This document shows, in pieces, positions 11,015 to 20,288 of a stretch of DNA of 64,000 nt (position 1 is the first letter of the stretch; each line of letters opens with the position of its first letter). Source of the DNA: an uncultured Desulfarculus sp. (GTDB lineage: Bacteria; Desulfobacterota; Desulfarculia; Desulfarculales; Desulfarculaceae); NCBI GenBank assembly GCA_963665125.2, contig CAXXUK010000002.1, positions 1,088,001 to 1,152,000 on the forward strand, read 5' to 3'. The notes under the pieces were generated by a model. It was not told the DNA's origin and did no database searches. It saw only the letters and a list, made by a program, of their open reading frames with translations. A program made the position numbers and the translations under genes.

Positions 11015-11427
11015 TTCAACTTGCCTTTCGTTTATCTCTCGGCACCCACAATAAATTTATTGGCACTGTATGCCGCCCTACGCCCGCAAACATCGCCCAT
11101 ATGGGCCATGATTGGGGAGAAGACTATGGTGATTTTACAGAGCGCCCGTCCACCGGAAACTTTACCCGGACCGCAATTATCAACGTCCGAAGCCTTTGCT
11201 AATTGATGGGTGCCGGGATGGTTTTAGGGGAATTAAGAGGAGACTTTGAGCGGATCAAAGGTGATGACATTAAAAATAAGGGTTTTCTTTGTGAAGTCTG
11301 GTTTTGTAAACGCTCCATTTTGTGGCAAAATCAAAGCATTGCCAAAGGTGACGGCATTGGTTGCATTGTTTTATTGGGTTGTTGTTGGATTGCTGGTCCG
11401 CTTGGTGGTCTTGGAGATTCAACGGTG

Positions 11428-12468
11428 ATGAATAGCAGGCTTGGATTTTTACTTGCCGGGCGTGATTTGCCCATGCGGCGCATAATGAGCGAGGTGGTCG
11501 ACGAGATGGGCCACCAGACCATTCACTCCACTCCTCGCGGCACCGATGCCTGGGCCACGCTGAAGTGCAAAGGCGCGGACTTCATCATTTCCCAGATACA
11601 GCTCAAGGAGATGGACGGCCTGACTTTTCTGAAAATCGTTCGGGCTGACAAGGAGTTCGCCTATACTCCGTTTTTGCTGGTCGCCGACCTGGTCACCAGG
11701 GAACAGGTGGTCGAGGCCGGTGAGGCCGGAGTCAGCGAGATCCTCTGCCGGCCAATCACTCCCATGCGCATTGCCGAAAAGGTCAAGGAACTGCTCAACC
11801 CAAGGCCCGACGAAAAGGCCGTTTTGGCCGAGCGCCATTACCAAAGAGGTCTGAGCCTCATGGAGCAGGGCCAATATGAACAGGCCCTGGAGGCCTTCAG
11901 CGCCGTGGTCTCGGTCCACGAAAACGCCGAGGTCTACTACAATCTGGGCTATATCAGCGCCATGATGGAAAAGTTCGAAGACGCCATCACCTATTTCCGC
12001 AAGGCCACCGAGATTGACCGGTTTCACGCCAAGGCCTTTCAGAAGATGGGTGAGTGCTTCCAGGCCCTTGGCGATGATGACGCGGCTAAACAACACCTCG
12101 AGCGCGCCCTGGAAATCATCGAAGGTGACTTTGCCAGTCAGGACCAGCGGGAAGACATCATCAAAGAGGTTCGCAGCCACAAGTCCGACACCATCAATAT
12201 CTTCAACTCCCTGGGCATCATCCTGCGGCGCGAGGGCAAGTATGACGAGGCCGTGACCCAATATATCAAGGCCCTGCGGGTTCACCCCCGGGATGAAAAC
12301 ATCCACTACAACCTTGGCGTGTGTTATCTGGAAGCCGGACGTAAGGCAGACGCGGCCAATGTGCTGGAAGAGGCATTGCGCATCAACCCCGCCTTCAAGG
12401 AGGCCAGGGAGCTTTACGTCAGGGTCACGCGGATGCTCTCGAACCCGGCCAGGGAGGCCGACGCCTGA
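11428..12468 (+). CDS. Atypical receiver domain + TPR repeat protein
   Basis: N-terminal REC-like fold (EMDGLTFLKIVR, TPFLLV) and several TPRs (VYYNLG, IFNSLGI, IHYNLG); GGAGA RBS supports a start at 11425/11428. Confidence 0.85.
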   Translation: MNSRLGFLLAGRDLPMRRIMSEVVDEMGHQTIHSTPRGTDAWATLKCKGADFIISQIQLKEMDGLTFLKIVRADKEFAYTPFLLVADLVTREQVVEAGEAGVSEILCRPITPMRIAEKVKELLNPRPDEKAVLAERHYQRGLSLMEQGQYEQALEAFSAVVSVHENAEVYYNLGYISAMMEKFEDAITYFRKATEIDRFHAKAFQKMGECFQALGDDDAAKQHLERALEIIEGDFASQDQREDIIKEVRSHKSDTINIFNSLGIILRREGKYDEAVTQYIKALRVHPRDENIHYNLGVCYLEAGRKADAANVLEEALRINPAFKEARELYVRVTRMLSNPAREADA

Positions 12469-12614
12469 AATTCCTCCATGGGGCGGCCGTCCGGCGGGTC
12501 GTTCCATGACGTCCCGCTGCCAATGCCGGTACTTTCATTCCTGGCGGAAAAAGTTTATTTTAACCATGGAGAGCTAACGCCACGGGGGACCCCGCCAGCC
12601 AAAGGGTTTTATAA

Positions 12615-13712
12615 ATGCCGAAAACGATTCATCTCGTCGCCGCCGCCAGGCCAAATTTCATGAAAATCGCCCCGCTTTATCACGCCCTTGGAGAACATCC
12701 CGAGTTCATGCCGCTGATAGTCCACACGGGCCAGCACTATGACCTCAACATGTCGGACACCTTTTTTCAGGACCTGAACCTGCCGGATAAATACATTCAT
12801 CTGGGCGTGGGCAGCGGCAGCCACGCCGTACAGACCGCCAGAGTCATGACCGCCTATGAGGATCTGTTGCTCGGGCAAAGGCCGGATCTGGTGGTGTTGC
12901 CCGGCGATGTCAACTCCACCATGGCCTGCGCCCTGACCGCCGTTAAGATGGGCGTGAAATGCGCCCACCTGGAGGCCGGGCTGCGCAGCTTTGACCGCAC
13001 CATGCCCGAGGAAATCAACCGCCTGGTCACCGACGCGGTCTGCGATTTGTTGTGGACGCCGTCGCCAGACGGCGACGAGCACCTCCTGCGCGAAGGCGTG
13101 TCCGCCGAAAAGATCCGCCGGGTGGGCAATATCATGATCGACAGCCTGGAGATGATGCTGCCGGTCATCGAAAAAAGCGATACACCCGCCAAACTGGGAC
13201 TGGAAACAGGCGGTTATACGGTCGTCACCCTGCATCGCCCGGCCAATGTCGACGCCCTTGATTCGCTGACAGCCGTTGTCGATACGCTCAGGGCCGTCGC
13301 CGCCAGGACCAGATGCGTTTTCCCGGTGCATCCGCGCACCCGCAAGTCACTGGAAAACCACGGATTGTGGGACGACTTGGCATGCACCTCGGGCATGCTG
13401 CTGCTGGCGCCCCAAAGCTATGTGGATTTCATGGCCCTAGTGGTGGGGGCCAATCTGGTGATCACCGACTCCGGCGGCATCCAAGAAGAGACGACATATC
13501 TAGGCATCCCCTGCCTGACCCTGCGCCCCAACACCGAGCGGCCCATCACGATCACCCAGGGCACCAACCGCCTCTGCGATCCGGCCGATCTTGAGGCCCT
13601 GGCAATGGACCTGCTGGGCCGGCCGAGGCCGCCGCGGCCGGTGATAGAAATGTGGGACGGCAAGACCGCCCACAGGGTCGTGGCGTCCATCAAGGAGTTT
13701 CTGGGCCCATGA
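12615..13712 (+). CDS. wecB: UDP-N-acetylglucosamine 2-epimerase (non-hydrolysing)
   Basis: ARPNFMK, HTGQHYD, HLEAGLRS, MPEEINR, TDSGGIQEE, TERP. Confidence 0.93.
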   Translation: MPKTIHLVAAARPNFMKIAPLYHALGEHPEFMPLIVHTGQHYDLNMSDTFFQDLNLPDKYIHLGVGSGSHAVQTARVMTAYEDLLLGQRPDLVVLPGDVNSTMACALTAVKMGVKCAHLEAGLRSFDRTMPEEINRLVTDAVCDLLWTPSPDGDEHLLREGVSAEKIRRVGNIMIDSLEMMLPVIEKSDTPAKLGLETGGYTVVTLHRPANVDALDSLTAVVDTLRAVAARTRCVFPVHPRTRKSLENHGLWDDLACTSGMLLLAPQSYVDFMALVVGANLVITDSGGIQEETTYLGIPCLTLRPNTERPITITQGTNRLCDPADLEALAMDLLGRPRPPRPVIEMWDGKTAHRVVASIKEFLGP

Positions 13713-13815
13713 CCGGAGCCGGGCCGGTTGGGGCCAAGTTGTTGTTTCACAACCGCCGGACTTTCGGTAATATGCCGCCAGCACTTTGTTTTAACCTGCC
13801 CATGGTCATAATGAA

Positions 13816-14859
13816 ATGAATTGGTTCAATCTTGTTTGCCTGCTGGGCGCCGTGTCGCTGGTATCCTTTGCCGGGGCCGTGCTTATCCGGCGTTATGCAA
13901 TGATCAACGGCATGATCGACGTACCCGGCCGCAGAAGCTCCCACAGCGTTCCCACGCCCAGGGGCGGCGGGCTGCCGGGCGCGGCGGCGTGGCTGGCCGC
14001 CGTGGGCGCGATCCATTTTCTCGGCCTGCTAGAGGCCCGCTGGGCCCTGGCCCTGATCAGCGGCGGTTTTGTCTGCCTTGCCGCCGGATGGCTGGAAGAC
14101 CGCTTCGGCCTGACGGCCATAATCCGTTTTGCCCTGCATATCGCCGCCGGGGTGGCGGTTCTGTATTGGGGCGGAGGGCTCGACAGACTGAAAATCGGCG
14201 GCTCAATCCTGCCGCTGGGGATTTTCGGCTGGGTTGTCGGCATATTGTGGGTGGTCTGGTTTGTCAATCTGTTCAACTTCATGGACGGCATCGACGGTAT
14301 CGCGGGCCAAGAGGCCGCGTTCGGTGGTGTGGCCATGGGCTTGATGTTCTTCTGGAGCGGCCAGACGGCCCTGGCCTGCTGCTGCTGGGCCCTGGCGGCG
14401 GCGGCCCTGGGCTTTTTGCTGGTCAACTGGCCCCCGGCCAAAATATTCATGGGTGACGTGGGCAGCTATACGTTCGGCTTCGCACTGGCCGCCATGGCCT
14501 TGATCGGAGCCATGACCGGCGCGGTGCCCGCCGCTTGTTCGCTGATCATGCTGATGGTTTTCTTTTTCGACGCCACGGTGACCATCCTGCGCCGCCTGTT
14601 CAACAAAGAAGCCATATACAAGGCCCACCGCAGCCATTTTTATCAGCGTGCCGTGATTTCAGGCCTTAGCCACGGCCAGGTGGATGCGGCCGTACTGGTC
14701 CTCAACGCCGTATTGATGCTTACAGCACTGGCGGCCTATCATTTGCCGGATAGGGAGATTCCCGCCCTGGTTTTCAGCCTGGTTCTGCTCAGCGCAGCGG
14801 CCGTGGCCGTCACCGCCCTGGAGCGCCGGGCCGCCCGCACCCAAGGCAAGGGCGCCTGA
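13816..14859 (+). CDS. MraY/WecA-family undecaprenyl-phosphate HexNAc-1-phosphate transferase (WbpL-like)
   Basis: RSSHSVPTPRGGG, NLFNFMDGIDG, NWPPAKIFMGDVGS, AHRSHFYQ. Confidence 0.92.
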   Translation: MNWFNLVCLLGAVSLVSFAGAVLIRRYAMINGMIDVPGRRSSHSVPTPRGGGLPGAAAWLAAVGAIHFLGLLEARWALALISGGFVCLAAGWLEDRFGLTAIIRFALHIAAGVAVLYWGGGLDRLKIGGSILPLGIFGWVVGILWVVWFVNLFNFMDGIDGIAGQEAAFGGVAMGLMFFWSGQTALACCCWALAAAALGFLLVNWPPAKIFMGDVGSYTFGFALAAMALIGAMTGAVPAACSLIMLMVFFFDATVTILRRLFNKEAIYKAHRSHFYQRAVISGLSHGQVDAAVLVLNAVLMLTALAAYHLPDREIPALVFSLVLLSAAAVAVTALERRAARTQGKGA

Positions 14860-14861
14860 AA

Positions 14862-16007
14862 ATGACCAGGAGAGCTAACAGCAGCGGGCAGCCCAGACTG
14901 TTGTTTTTTGTATCCGAGGACTGGTATTTCCGCTCCCACCGCCTGCCATTGGCCCTGGCGGCCCTTGAACAGGGCTATGAGGTCTTTTTCGTGGGCCGGG
15001 TTACCGGTTGCGGTGACGAACTGGCCGCCAAGGGCATCAAGGTCATACCCATCGACTTCAGGCGCGGCGGCAAGAACATCCTCCATGAACTCAAGATCTT
15101 CCGCCAACTGGTGGGCGTCTACCGCCGGGTGCGGCCCGATATCGTGCATCATGTGGCTATGAAACCGGTGCTCTACGGTTCCCTGGCGGCCAAGCTCACG
15201 GGTGGGCCCGCGGTGGTCAACGCCCTGGCGGGCATGGGTTATCTGTTCATCTCCCAGGATTTGCAGGCCCGGATCCTGAGGCCGCCGGTTCGGGCCTCCC
15301 TGAAGCAGATGCTTTCGGGTCAGCGTAGCCGGGTGATCGTCCAAAATCCCGAGGATTTGGGCTTCCTGCACAATGATCTGGGCATCGCCGGTAATAATAC
15401 GGTCTTGATCCGGGGCTCCGGCGTGGATCTGACGCGCTACCCGGCAAATCCCGAACCGCCGGGGCCGCCCAGGGTGCTGTTGGCTTCCCGTTTGCTCAAG
15501 GACAAGGGCGTTTGCGAGTTTGTGGAGGCCGCCCGGATGCTGCGCGACGGCGGCGTGGAGGCCCGGTTTGTCCTGGCCGGTGATGTCGACCCGGCCAATC
15601 CGGCCTCGCTGACCAGGGATGAAGTGGCCGCTTGGCAGGACGAGGGAATCGTGGAATGGCTGGGCTGGCGCCAGGATATGCCTGAGGTCATGGCCGCCTC
15701 TCACATCGTATGTCTGCCTTCCTACCGGGAGGGCCTGCCCAAAGTCCTGCTGGAGGCCGCGGCCTGCGCCCGGCCCCTGGTGGCCACCGACGTCACCGGC
15801 TGCCGGGAGGTGGTGCGCCACAATGACAACGGCCTGCTGGTGCGGGCCAGGGACGCCGCCGACCTGGCCGGTGCCATCGGACGCCTGGTCCATGACCCGG
15901 ACCTGCGGGCGGCCATGGGGCGGCGGGCCCGGCAAATCGCCGAAGAAGAGTATTCCCTGGACATGGTGGTGCAACAGACCTTTGATCTATATGGGAGCCT
16001 GCTGTGA
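14862..16007 (+). CDS. GT4 glycosyltransferase (CapM-like)
   Basis: DWYFRSHRL, GSGVD, SRLLKDKG, LPSYREGLPKVLLEA, TDVTGCRE. Confidence 0.92.
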   Translation: MTRRANSSGQPRLLFFVSEDWYFRSHRLPLALAALEQGYEVFFVGRVTGCGDELAAKGIKVIPIDFRRGGKNILHELKIFRQLVGVYRRVRPDIVHHVAMKPVLYGSLAAKLTGGPAVVNALAGMGYLFISQDLQARILRPPVRASLKQMLSGQRSRVIVQNPEDLGFLHNDLGIAGNNTVLIRGSGVDLTRYPANPEPPGPPRVLLASRLLKDKGVCEFVEAARMLRDGGVEARFVLAGDVDPANPASLTRDEVAAWQDEGIVEWLGWRQDMPEVMAASHIVCLPSYREGLPKVLLEAAACARPLVATDVTGCREVVRHNDNGLLVRARDAADLAGAIGRLVHDPDLRAAMGRRARQIAEEEYSLDMVVQQTFDLYGSLL

Positions 16008-16972
16008 AAGCCAAGGTGCTGATAACCGGCGCGGCGGGCTTCGTGGGCCGGGCTCTGTGCCATGAACTGCTGGCCGCCGGTTACGGCGTCAGGGCGGTTG
16101 TGCGCGGCAGGTCCCTGAAAATACCGGGCGCGGAAAACGCCTTGGAGGTGGTGCAGGTGCCGGGTATTGGCCGCATCGCCGACTGGGGCGAAATGGTCCG
16201 GGGCGTTGACTACGTTGCTCATTTGGCCGCCCATGTCCACCAGATGCGGCCGTCCGGCCAAATCGACCATGAGGCCTATGCCCGAATCAACACGGGGGCC
16301 ACCGAACGGCTGGCCAAGGCCGCGGCCGGGCGGGTCAAGAGGATGGTCTATCTGAGCACCGTCAAGGTCCACGGCGAAGCCACGCCGCCGGACCGGCCGT
16401 TCCGGGAGAGCGATGCGCCCAATCCCATGGACGACTACGCCGTCTCCAAGTGGGAGGCAGAGCAGGCCTTGCGGAGGTTGGCCGATACTCACGGCCTGGA
16501 ATATTGCGTGCTGCGTCCACCTTTGGTCTATGGGCCAAGGGTTGGGGCCAACTTCCTGCGCCTGATGCGCCTAGTCAACAAGGGCCTGCCCATACCCCTG
16601 GGCGCCGTGAACAACAAGCGCAGCATGGTCTATGTGGGCAACCTGGTCGCGGCGGTTATGGTCTGCCTTGAGCATCCGGCGGCCGCCGGCGGCACGTACC
16701 TGGTCAGCGACGGCGAGGACGTGTCGACCGCCGAGCTTCTGCGCCGGGTGGCCGGAGCCATGGGACGCCGGGTGCGGTTGTTGCCGGTGCCGGGGGTTCT
16801 GCTCAGGGCCACGGCAAAGACCACGGGCAAGAGCGCCGAAGTGGACCGCCTGCTGGATTCGCTGGTCCTGGACAGCGGACTGATGCGCCGTCAACTGGCC
16901 TGGAATCCGCCGTTTACCATGGACCAGGGCCTGAAGGATACGGCAACTTGGTTTGCCGGACTTGGGTCGTGA
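16004..16972 (+). CDS. NAD-dependent sugar epimerase/reductase (extended SDR, WbpK/WbpV-like)
   Basis: TGAAGFVG, HLAAHVH, YAVSK, RPPLVYGP. Confidence 0.9.
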   Translation: MKAKVLITGAAGFVGRALCHELLAAGYGVRAVVRGRSLKIPGAENALEVVQVPGIGRIADWGEMVRGVDYVAHLAAHVHQMRPSGQIDHEAYARINTGATERLAKAAAGRVKRMVYLSTVKVHGEATPPDRPFRESDAPNPMDDYAVSKWEAEQALRRLADTHGLEYCVLRPPLVYGPRVGANFLRLMRLVNKGLPIPLGAVNNKRSMVYVGNLVAAVMVCLEHPAAAGGTYLVSDGEDVSTAELLRRVAGAMGRRVRLLPVPGVLLRATAKTTGKSAEVDRLLDSLVLDSGLMRRQLAWNPPFTMDQGLKDTATWFAGLGS

Positions 16973-17129
16973 GCTGGTTTTGCTTTGTTACGCATGGAAA
17001 TTAAAAAGAAAAGAAATGATGACGCCCATGCGGCGGCGATGATAAAACAAAACATTCCGTGGTTGTTGAACTTATAGCTTCAACCCAATACCTGATCTCA
17101 ATTCAATAGGGTTATGCGTAGCGCTGAGC

Positions 17130-17657
17130 ATGAAAGAAAAAGCAAGAATCATCTGGTTTACCGGGATGCCCAACGCGGGCAAGACCACGGTATCGCGTAT
17201 CGTCGGTAAATGGCTTGAGGAGCAGGGCCAAAGAGTTGAACTGCTTGATGGCAATGAACTGCGGGAATGGTTGAGTTCCGAACTCGGTTTTTCGGCTGAA
17301 GACCGCAGCATGCATGCCATGCGGGTGGCCCGTCTGGCGAAATTGTTGAGCGGCCACGGCGTTTGGTGCCTGGTGGCGGTCATCGCGCCGTACAGGGATA
17401 TCCAGGAACGGATCAAGCAGATGTTGGGGGATGAACTGGATGTAGTATTTCTGAAGTGCCCCGTGGATGTGCTGGCGGCCAGGGACCAGAAAGACCTCTA
17501 CCGCCGGGCCATGGCCGGAGAGATCAAAAACTTCACCGGCATAACCGACCCTTATGACGAGCCGTTGGATCCGACCTTGGTTTTGGACACCAACCGCCAA
17601 GACGTCGATCAAGCTGTTGAAAAAATTCTGGAGATGATCCGGGCCAACATGGCTTAG
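17130..17657 (+). CDS. cysC: Adenylyl-sulfate (APS) kinase
   Basis: IWFTGMPNAGKTT P-loop, LLDG, GFSAEDR, IAPY, RDQKDLY, IKNFTGITDPYDEP. Confidence 0.9.
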   Translation: MKEKARIIWFTGMPNAGKTTVSRIVGKWLEEQGQRVELLDGNELREWLSSELGFSAEDRSMHAMRVARLAKLLSGHGVWCLVAVIAPYRDIQERIKQMLGDELDVVFLKCPVDVLAARDQKDLYRRAMAGEIKNFTGITDPYDEPLDPTLVLDTNRQDVDQAVEKILEMIRANMA

Positions 17658-17688
17658 CGGATCAAAGCCTAGTTGCTGGGGCTGGCGA

Positions 17689-19623
17689 GTGGCCAAAGGT
17701 AAACCCGTTCCCGAAAAATCCGGAAAAATGGAACTCGGCGGGCCTTGGGCTTGTTTGGCGGTGGTGTTAACCGTTTCGAGCCTTGCGTCAATTGGTTTGC
17801 CCCAGTGGGCCGCGGCGGTCCTGGGCCTGGCGGCAGTTGCCCTGCTGAGCTGGTTCAACGCCTTTTCCGGCCTCTTTTTGCTGGTTTGTTCGTTCGCCTT
17901 TTTCCTGGGCGAGTCGTACCACGCCTGGTATTTTCTGCTTCCGCTCATGGCCCTGATTTGGCTGATCGTGGCCACCATATCCCTATATCGCCGTGGCGCC
18001 GGGCCGAACTGGCGTCTGGTCTGGCCCGTGGTTTTGTTGCCGCTATCGGCCTTGATCAGCCTGCCGCTGATGGCCCGGGAAATCATCTGGGCTGTCCAGA
18101 CCCAACCCCTGGCCATCACCATCGAGCAGTTGCTGCTGCCGTCCCACACCTACCCCGTGTTCGGCCTGGCCTTTTTCGCTGATCTGGTTTTGTTGTGCTT
18201 GATGGTTCCGGTGATGGCCGCCTGTCTGGACCACGCCTCGGCCAGACACAAGCGTCAGGCCCTCCAGGCATTTACGGTGTTGGTGATCCTGTACTGTTTG
18301 TCCGCGCTGGCGGTGTTTCATTTTTCCAACAAGGCGTCGTACCTGGGCGTATCGTTGGTCGGGCATCTGCGGGCCGGAATAGCGGGCCTGGCCTATAACC
18401 GGGCCTATTTCGGGACATGGCTGGTGTGGTGCCTGCCTCTGTTGATTCTGGCCTATTGGCCCCGCAGGATGGACTTATTGCCCAGGGCGCTTGGGGCCTC
18501 GGCCGTGGTCCTGGTGCTGGTGTGCCTGGGCCTAAACGGCCAAAAGGCCAATATTCTGGCCTTGGCGGCGTTTCTGGCGGCTTTGGTAATGGTCTTGCCG
18601 CTGAAGAGAACCTGGATCAAGGCCGTCATCCTGGTAACGCCGCCCGCGTTGCTGCTGCTGTTGGACATCACCCTGCTCGGCGGATTCTTGTGGCACAAGA
18701 TAACCACCTTCGATCCCCTGCAAAACGTTTATTCCAAGACCTGGCAATTCGCCTGGGCCTTGTGGCGGGAAGACTGGCTGCTGGGCGTGGGCACGGGCTC
18801 CTATGCCTGGTGGGATGCCTGGGCCCTGGATTATGTGTCCCCTGAAAACTGGCACGCCCTGGGCAATGCCCACAGCCAGTGGATGCAGCTTTTAGCCGAG
18901 CAGGGCCTGGTGGGGCTATTCTCCTTTGTTTTCATTTTGGGCAACGGCTTTTGGTGCTGCCGTTTGGCCTGGCGGGGCAAAGGCGAAATACAGGCCTGCG
19001 TGGCCTTCATGGGGCTGGCCCTGGTCACGGCGAGCTGTTTTTGGCAGACGTTTTTGCACATCCGGCCCTTTGCCATGTGGTGGGCCCTATACATGGCCAT
19101 GGCCCTGTCCTGTTTGCCGCCTGAAAAGCGCCCCCATATAACCAGGCGAGGTGTCCTCGTCCTGGGCCTGATCCTAGCCTCGCTGTTGGTCCTGCGCGGG
19201 TACCAGATTTACGTCCGCCAGCCAAAGGCCGGATTCATGACCGGGGTCCATCTGGAAGAGCGCTTTGAAGGCGGCAGGGTGGGGCGTTGGGTTCACGGGC
19301 GCGGCGTGTGGGTGCTGCCGGACGCACACCGGAGTGAAAACCTGCATCTGGAGGTGGCCACGTTTTTGCCGTATGTGGCCGACAATCCCCAGAAGCTTGT
19401 GTTGTGGGTCTCCGGTGGCCGAAGGGTGACGGTGAAGCTCGATGACGCCAAGTGGCGCGCCGTGGAACTGCCCCTGCCCCAAGGCCGGGGGCCGGTGGTC
19501 CTGCACTTCAAAGCCAAATATGAGCTCAACCCGGCCAAACAGAGATGGTCAAAAGACAACCGCGATCTGAGCGCAGTCGTGGTCGTGGAAGGAACCGGCC
19601 GGCCCGGAGAGGCGCGGCCCTAA
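17689..19623 (+). CDS. O-antigen ligase / O-oligosaccharyltransferase family (Wzy_C) protein with C-terminal extracytoplasmic domain
   Basis: Many TM helices, LLGVGTGSY and NAHSQWMQLLAEQGLVG motifs; alternative start ATG 17728. Confidence 0.82.
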   Translation: MAKGKPVPEKSGKMELGGPWACLAVVLTVSSLASIGLPQWAAAVLGLAAVALLSWFNAFSGLFLLVCSFAFFLGESYHAWYFLLPLMALIWLIVATISLYRRGAGPNWRLVWPVVLLPLSALISLPLMAREIIWAVQTQPLAITIEQLLLPSHTYPVFGLAFFADLVLLCLMVPVMAACLDHASARHKRQALQAFTVLVILYCLSALAVFHFSNKASYLGVSLVGHLRAGIAGLAYNRAYFGTWLVWCLPLLILAYWPRRMDLLPRALGASAVVLVLVCLGLNGQKANILALAAFLAALVMVLPLKRTWIKAVILVTPPALLLLLDITLLGGFLWHKITTFDPLQNVYSKTWQFAWALWREDWLLGVGTGSYAWWDAWALDYVSPENWHALGNAHSQWMQLLAEQGLVGLFSFVFILGNGFWCCRLAWRGKGEIQACVAFMGLALVTASCFWQTFLHIRPFAMWWALYMAMALSCLPPEKRPHITRRGVLVLGLILASLLVLRGYQIYVRQPKAGFMTGVHLEERFEGGRVGRWVHGRGVWVLPDAHRSENLHLEVATFLPYVADNPQKLVLWVSGGRRVTVKLDDAKWRAVELPLPQGRGPVVLHFKAKYELNPAKQRWSKDNRDLSAVVVVEGTGRPGEARP

Positions 19624-19729
19624 ACCAGGCCTTCGACGAAGCGGGGGAAATACTTGAAGGATTCGTTTTCCCTACACAGATCGGAGGTGGACCTGTCCGC
19701 CGCTTTTCGCAGGCCGTTCAGCAAAGCCT

Positions 19730-19975
19730 GGTCTTTACCGGCCTGCTCCGGGACAAAGGCGTTGGGATTTCCATGGATGGCCGTCGGGGGGCCTGGGGGC
19801 CTGGGGGCCTGGATGGACAATGTTTTTATCGAGCGGTTATGGTGGCCGCTCAAGTACGAATGCATCTATATCAATGAATTTGAAGACGGCAAGACCCTGA
19901 GAAAGGGGCTGGGAGCCTGGATCGACTTTTATAACACCCGGCGGGGCCATTCCTCGTTGAATAACCGCACCCCAA
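19730..19975 (+). mobile_element. IS3-family transposase OrfB C-terminal remnant, frameshifted
   Basis: FTGLLRDKGVGISMDGR(R)GAW in one frame joins MDNVFIERLWWPLKYECIY...YNTRRGHSSL..RTP in another; break at (GGGGGCCT)x3. Confidence 0.88.
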
Positions 19976-20056
19976 TCAAGCCGCTAAACTGTCCAGCAAT
20001 TGCGGACCACCGCTCGGACTGAATAGCCAATTTTTCATTCTTGCCAGGAAAAGAAG

Positions 20057-20086
20057 TTGACTCAAAGACCGGTCGCATCGTATAGA
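20057..20086 (+). promoter_or_regulatory. Putative sigma70 promoter for the 20.3-29 kb operon
   Basis: TTGACT-N18-TATAGA. Confidence 0.4.
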
Positions 20087-20288
20087 GACCAAATAATTTG
20101 TGTTTAGGTGGCCCCTGCGGGAGCCGGAAGGATCATCAGCGTTTTGCTGTCTCTGCGGGGCAGATTGGCGTAGATTCTCATACGTCTGAATTCTGTGTGA
20201 AAAAACCTTCCTTGATCTCAGTGCGGCGAATGGATCGGGTAGTTTCCTTATTTGTATGATCTGCGAGTCGTTTCCACGAGGGATTACT

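Noticed and set aside
11323..11344. Possible sigma54 site or TGGCAA/TTGCCA palindrome
   Set aside because: GG-N10-GC spacing is present but the TT before GC is missing, and a 6-bp arm is too short to support a call.
11203..11427. 75-aa N-terminal extension of the receiver-TPR ORF
   Set aside because: AT-rich, promoter-like sequence with no domain signal; the RBS supports 11425/11428.
6058..16492. Long alternative-frame and antisense ORFs (e.g. 6058-6873, 8914-9999, 11449-12507, 14739-15974)
   Set aside because: Shadows of high-GC genes with no recognisable motifs, overlapping well-supported CDSs.
19654..20022. 122-aa ORF as a functional transposase
   Set aside because: Only the integrase C-terminus is present and it is frameshifted; no OrfA or left IR is adjacent.
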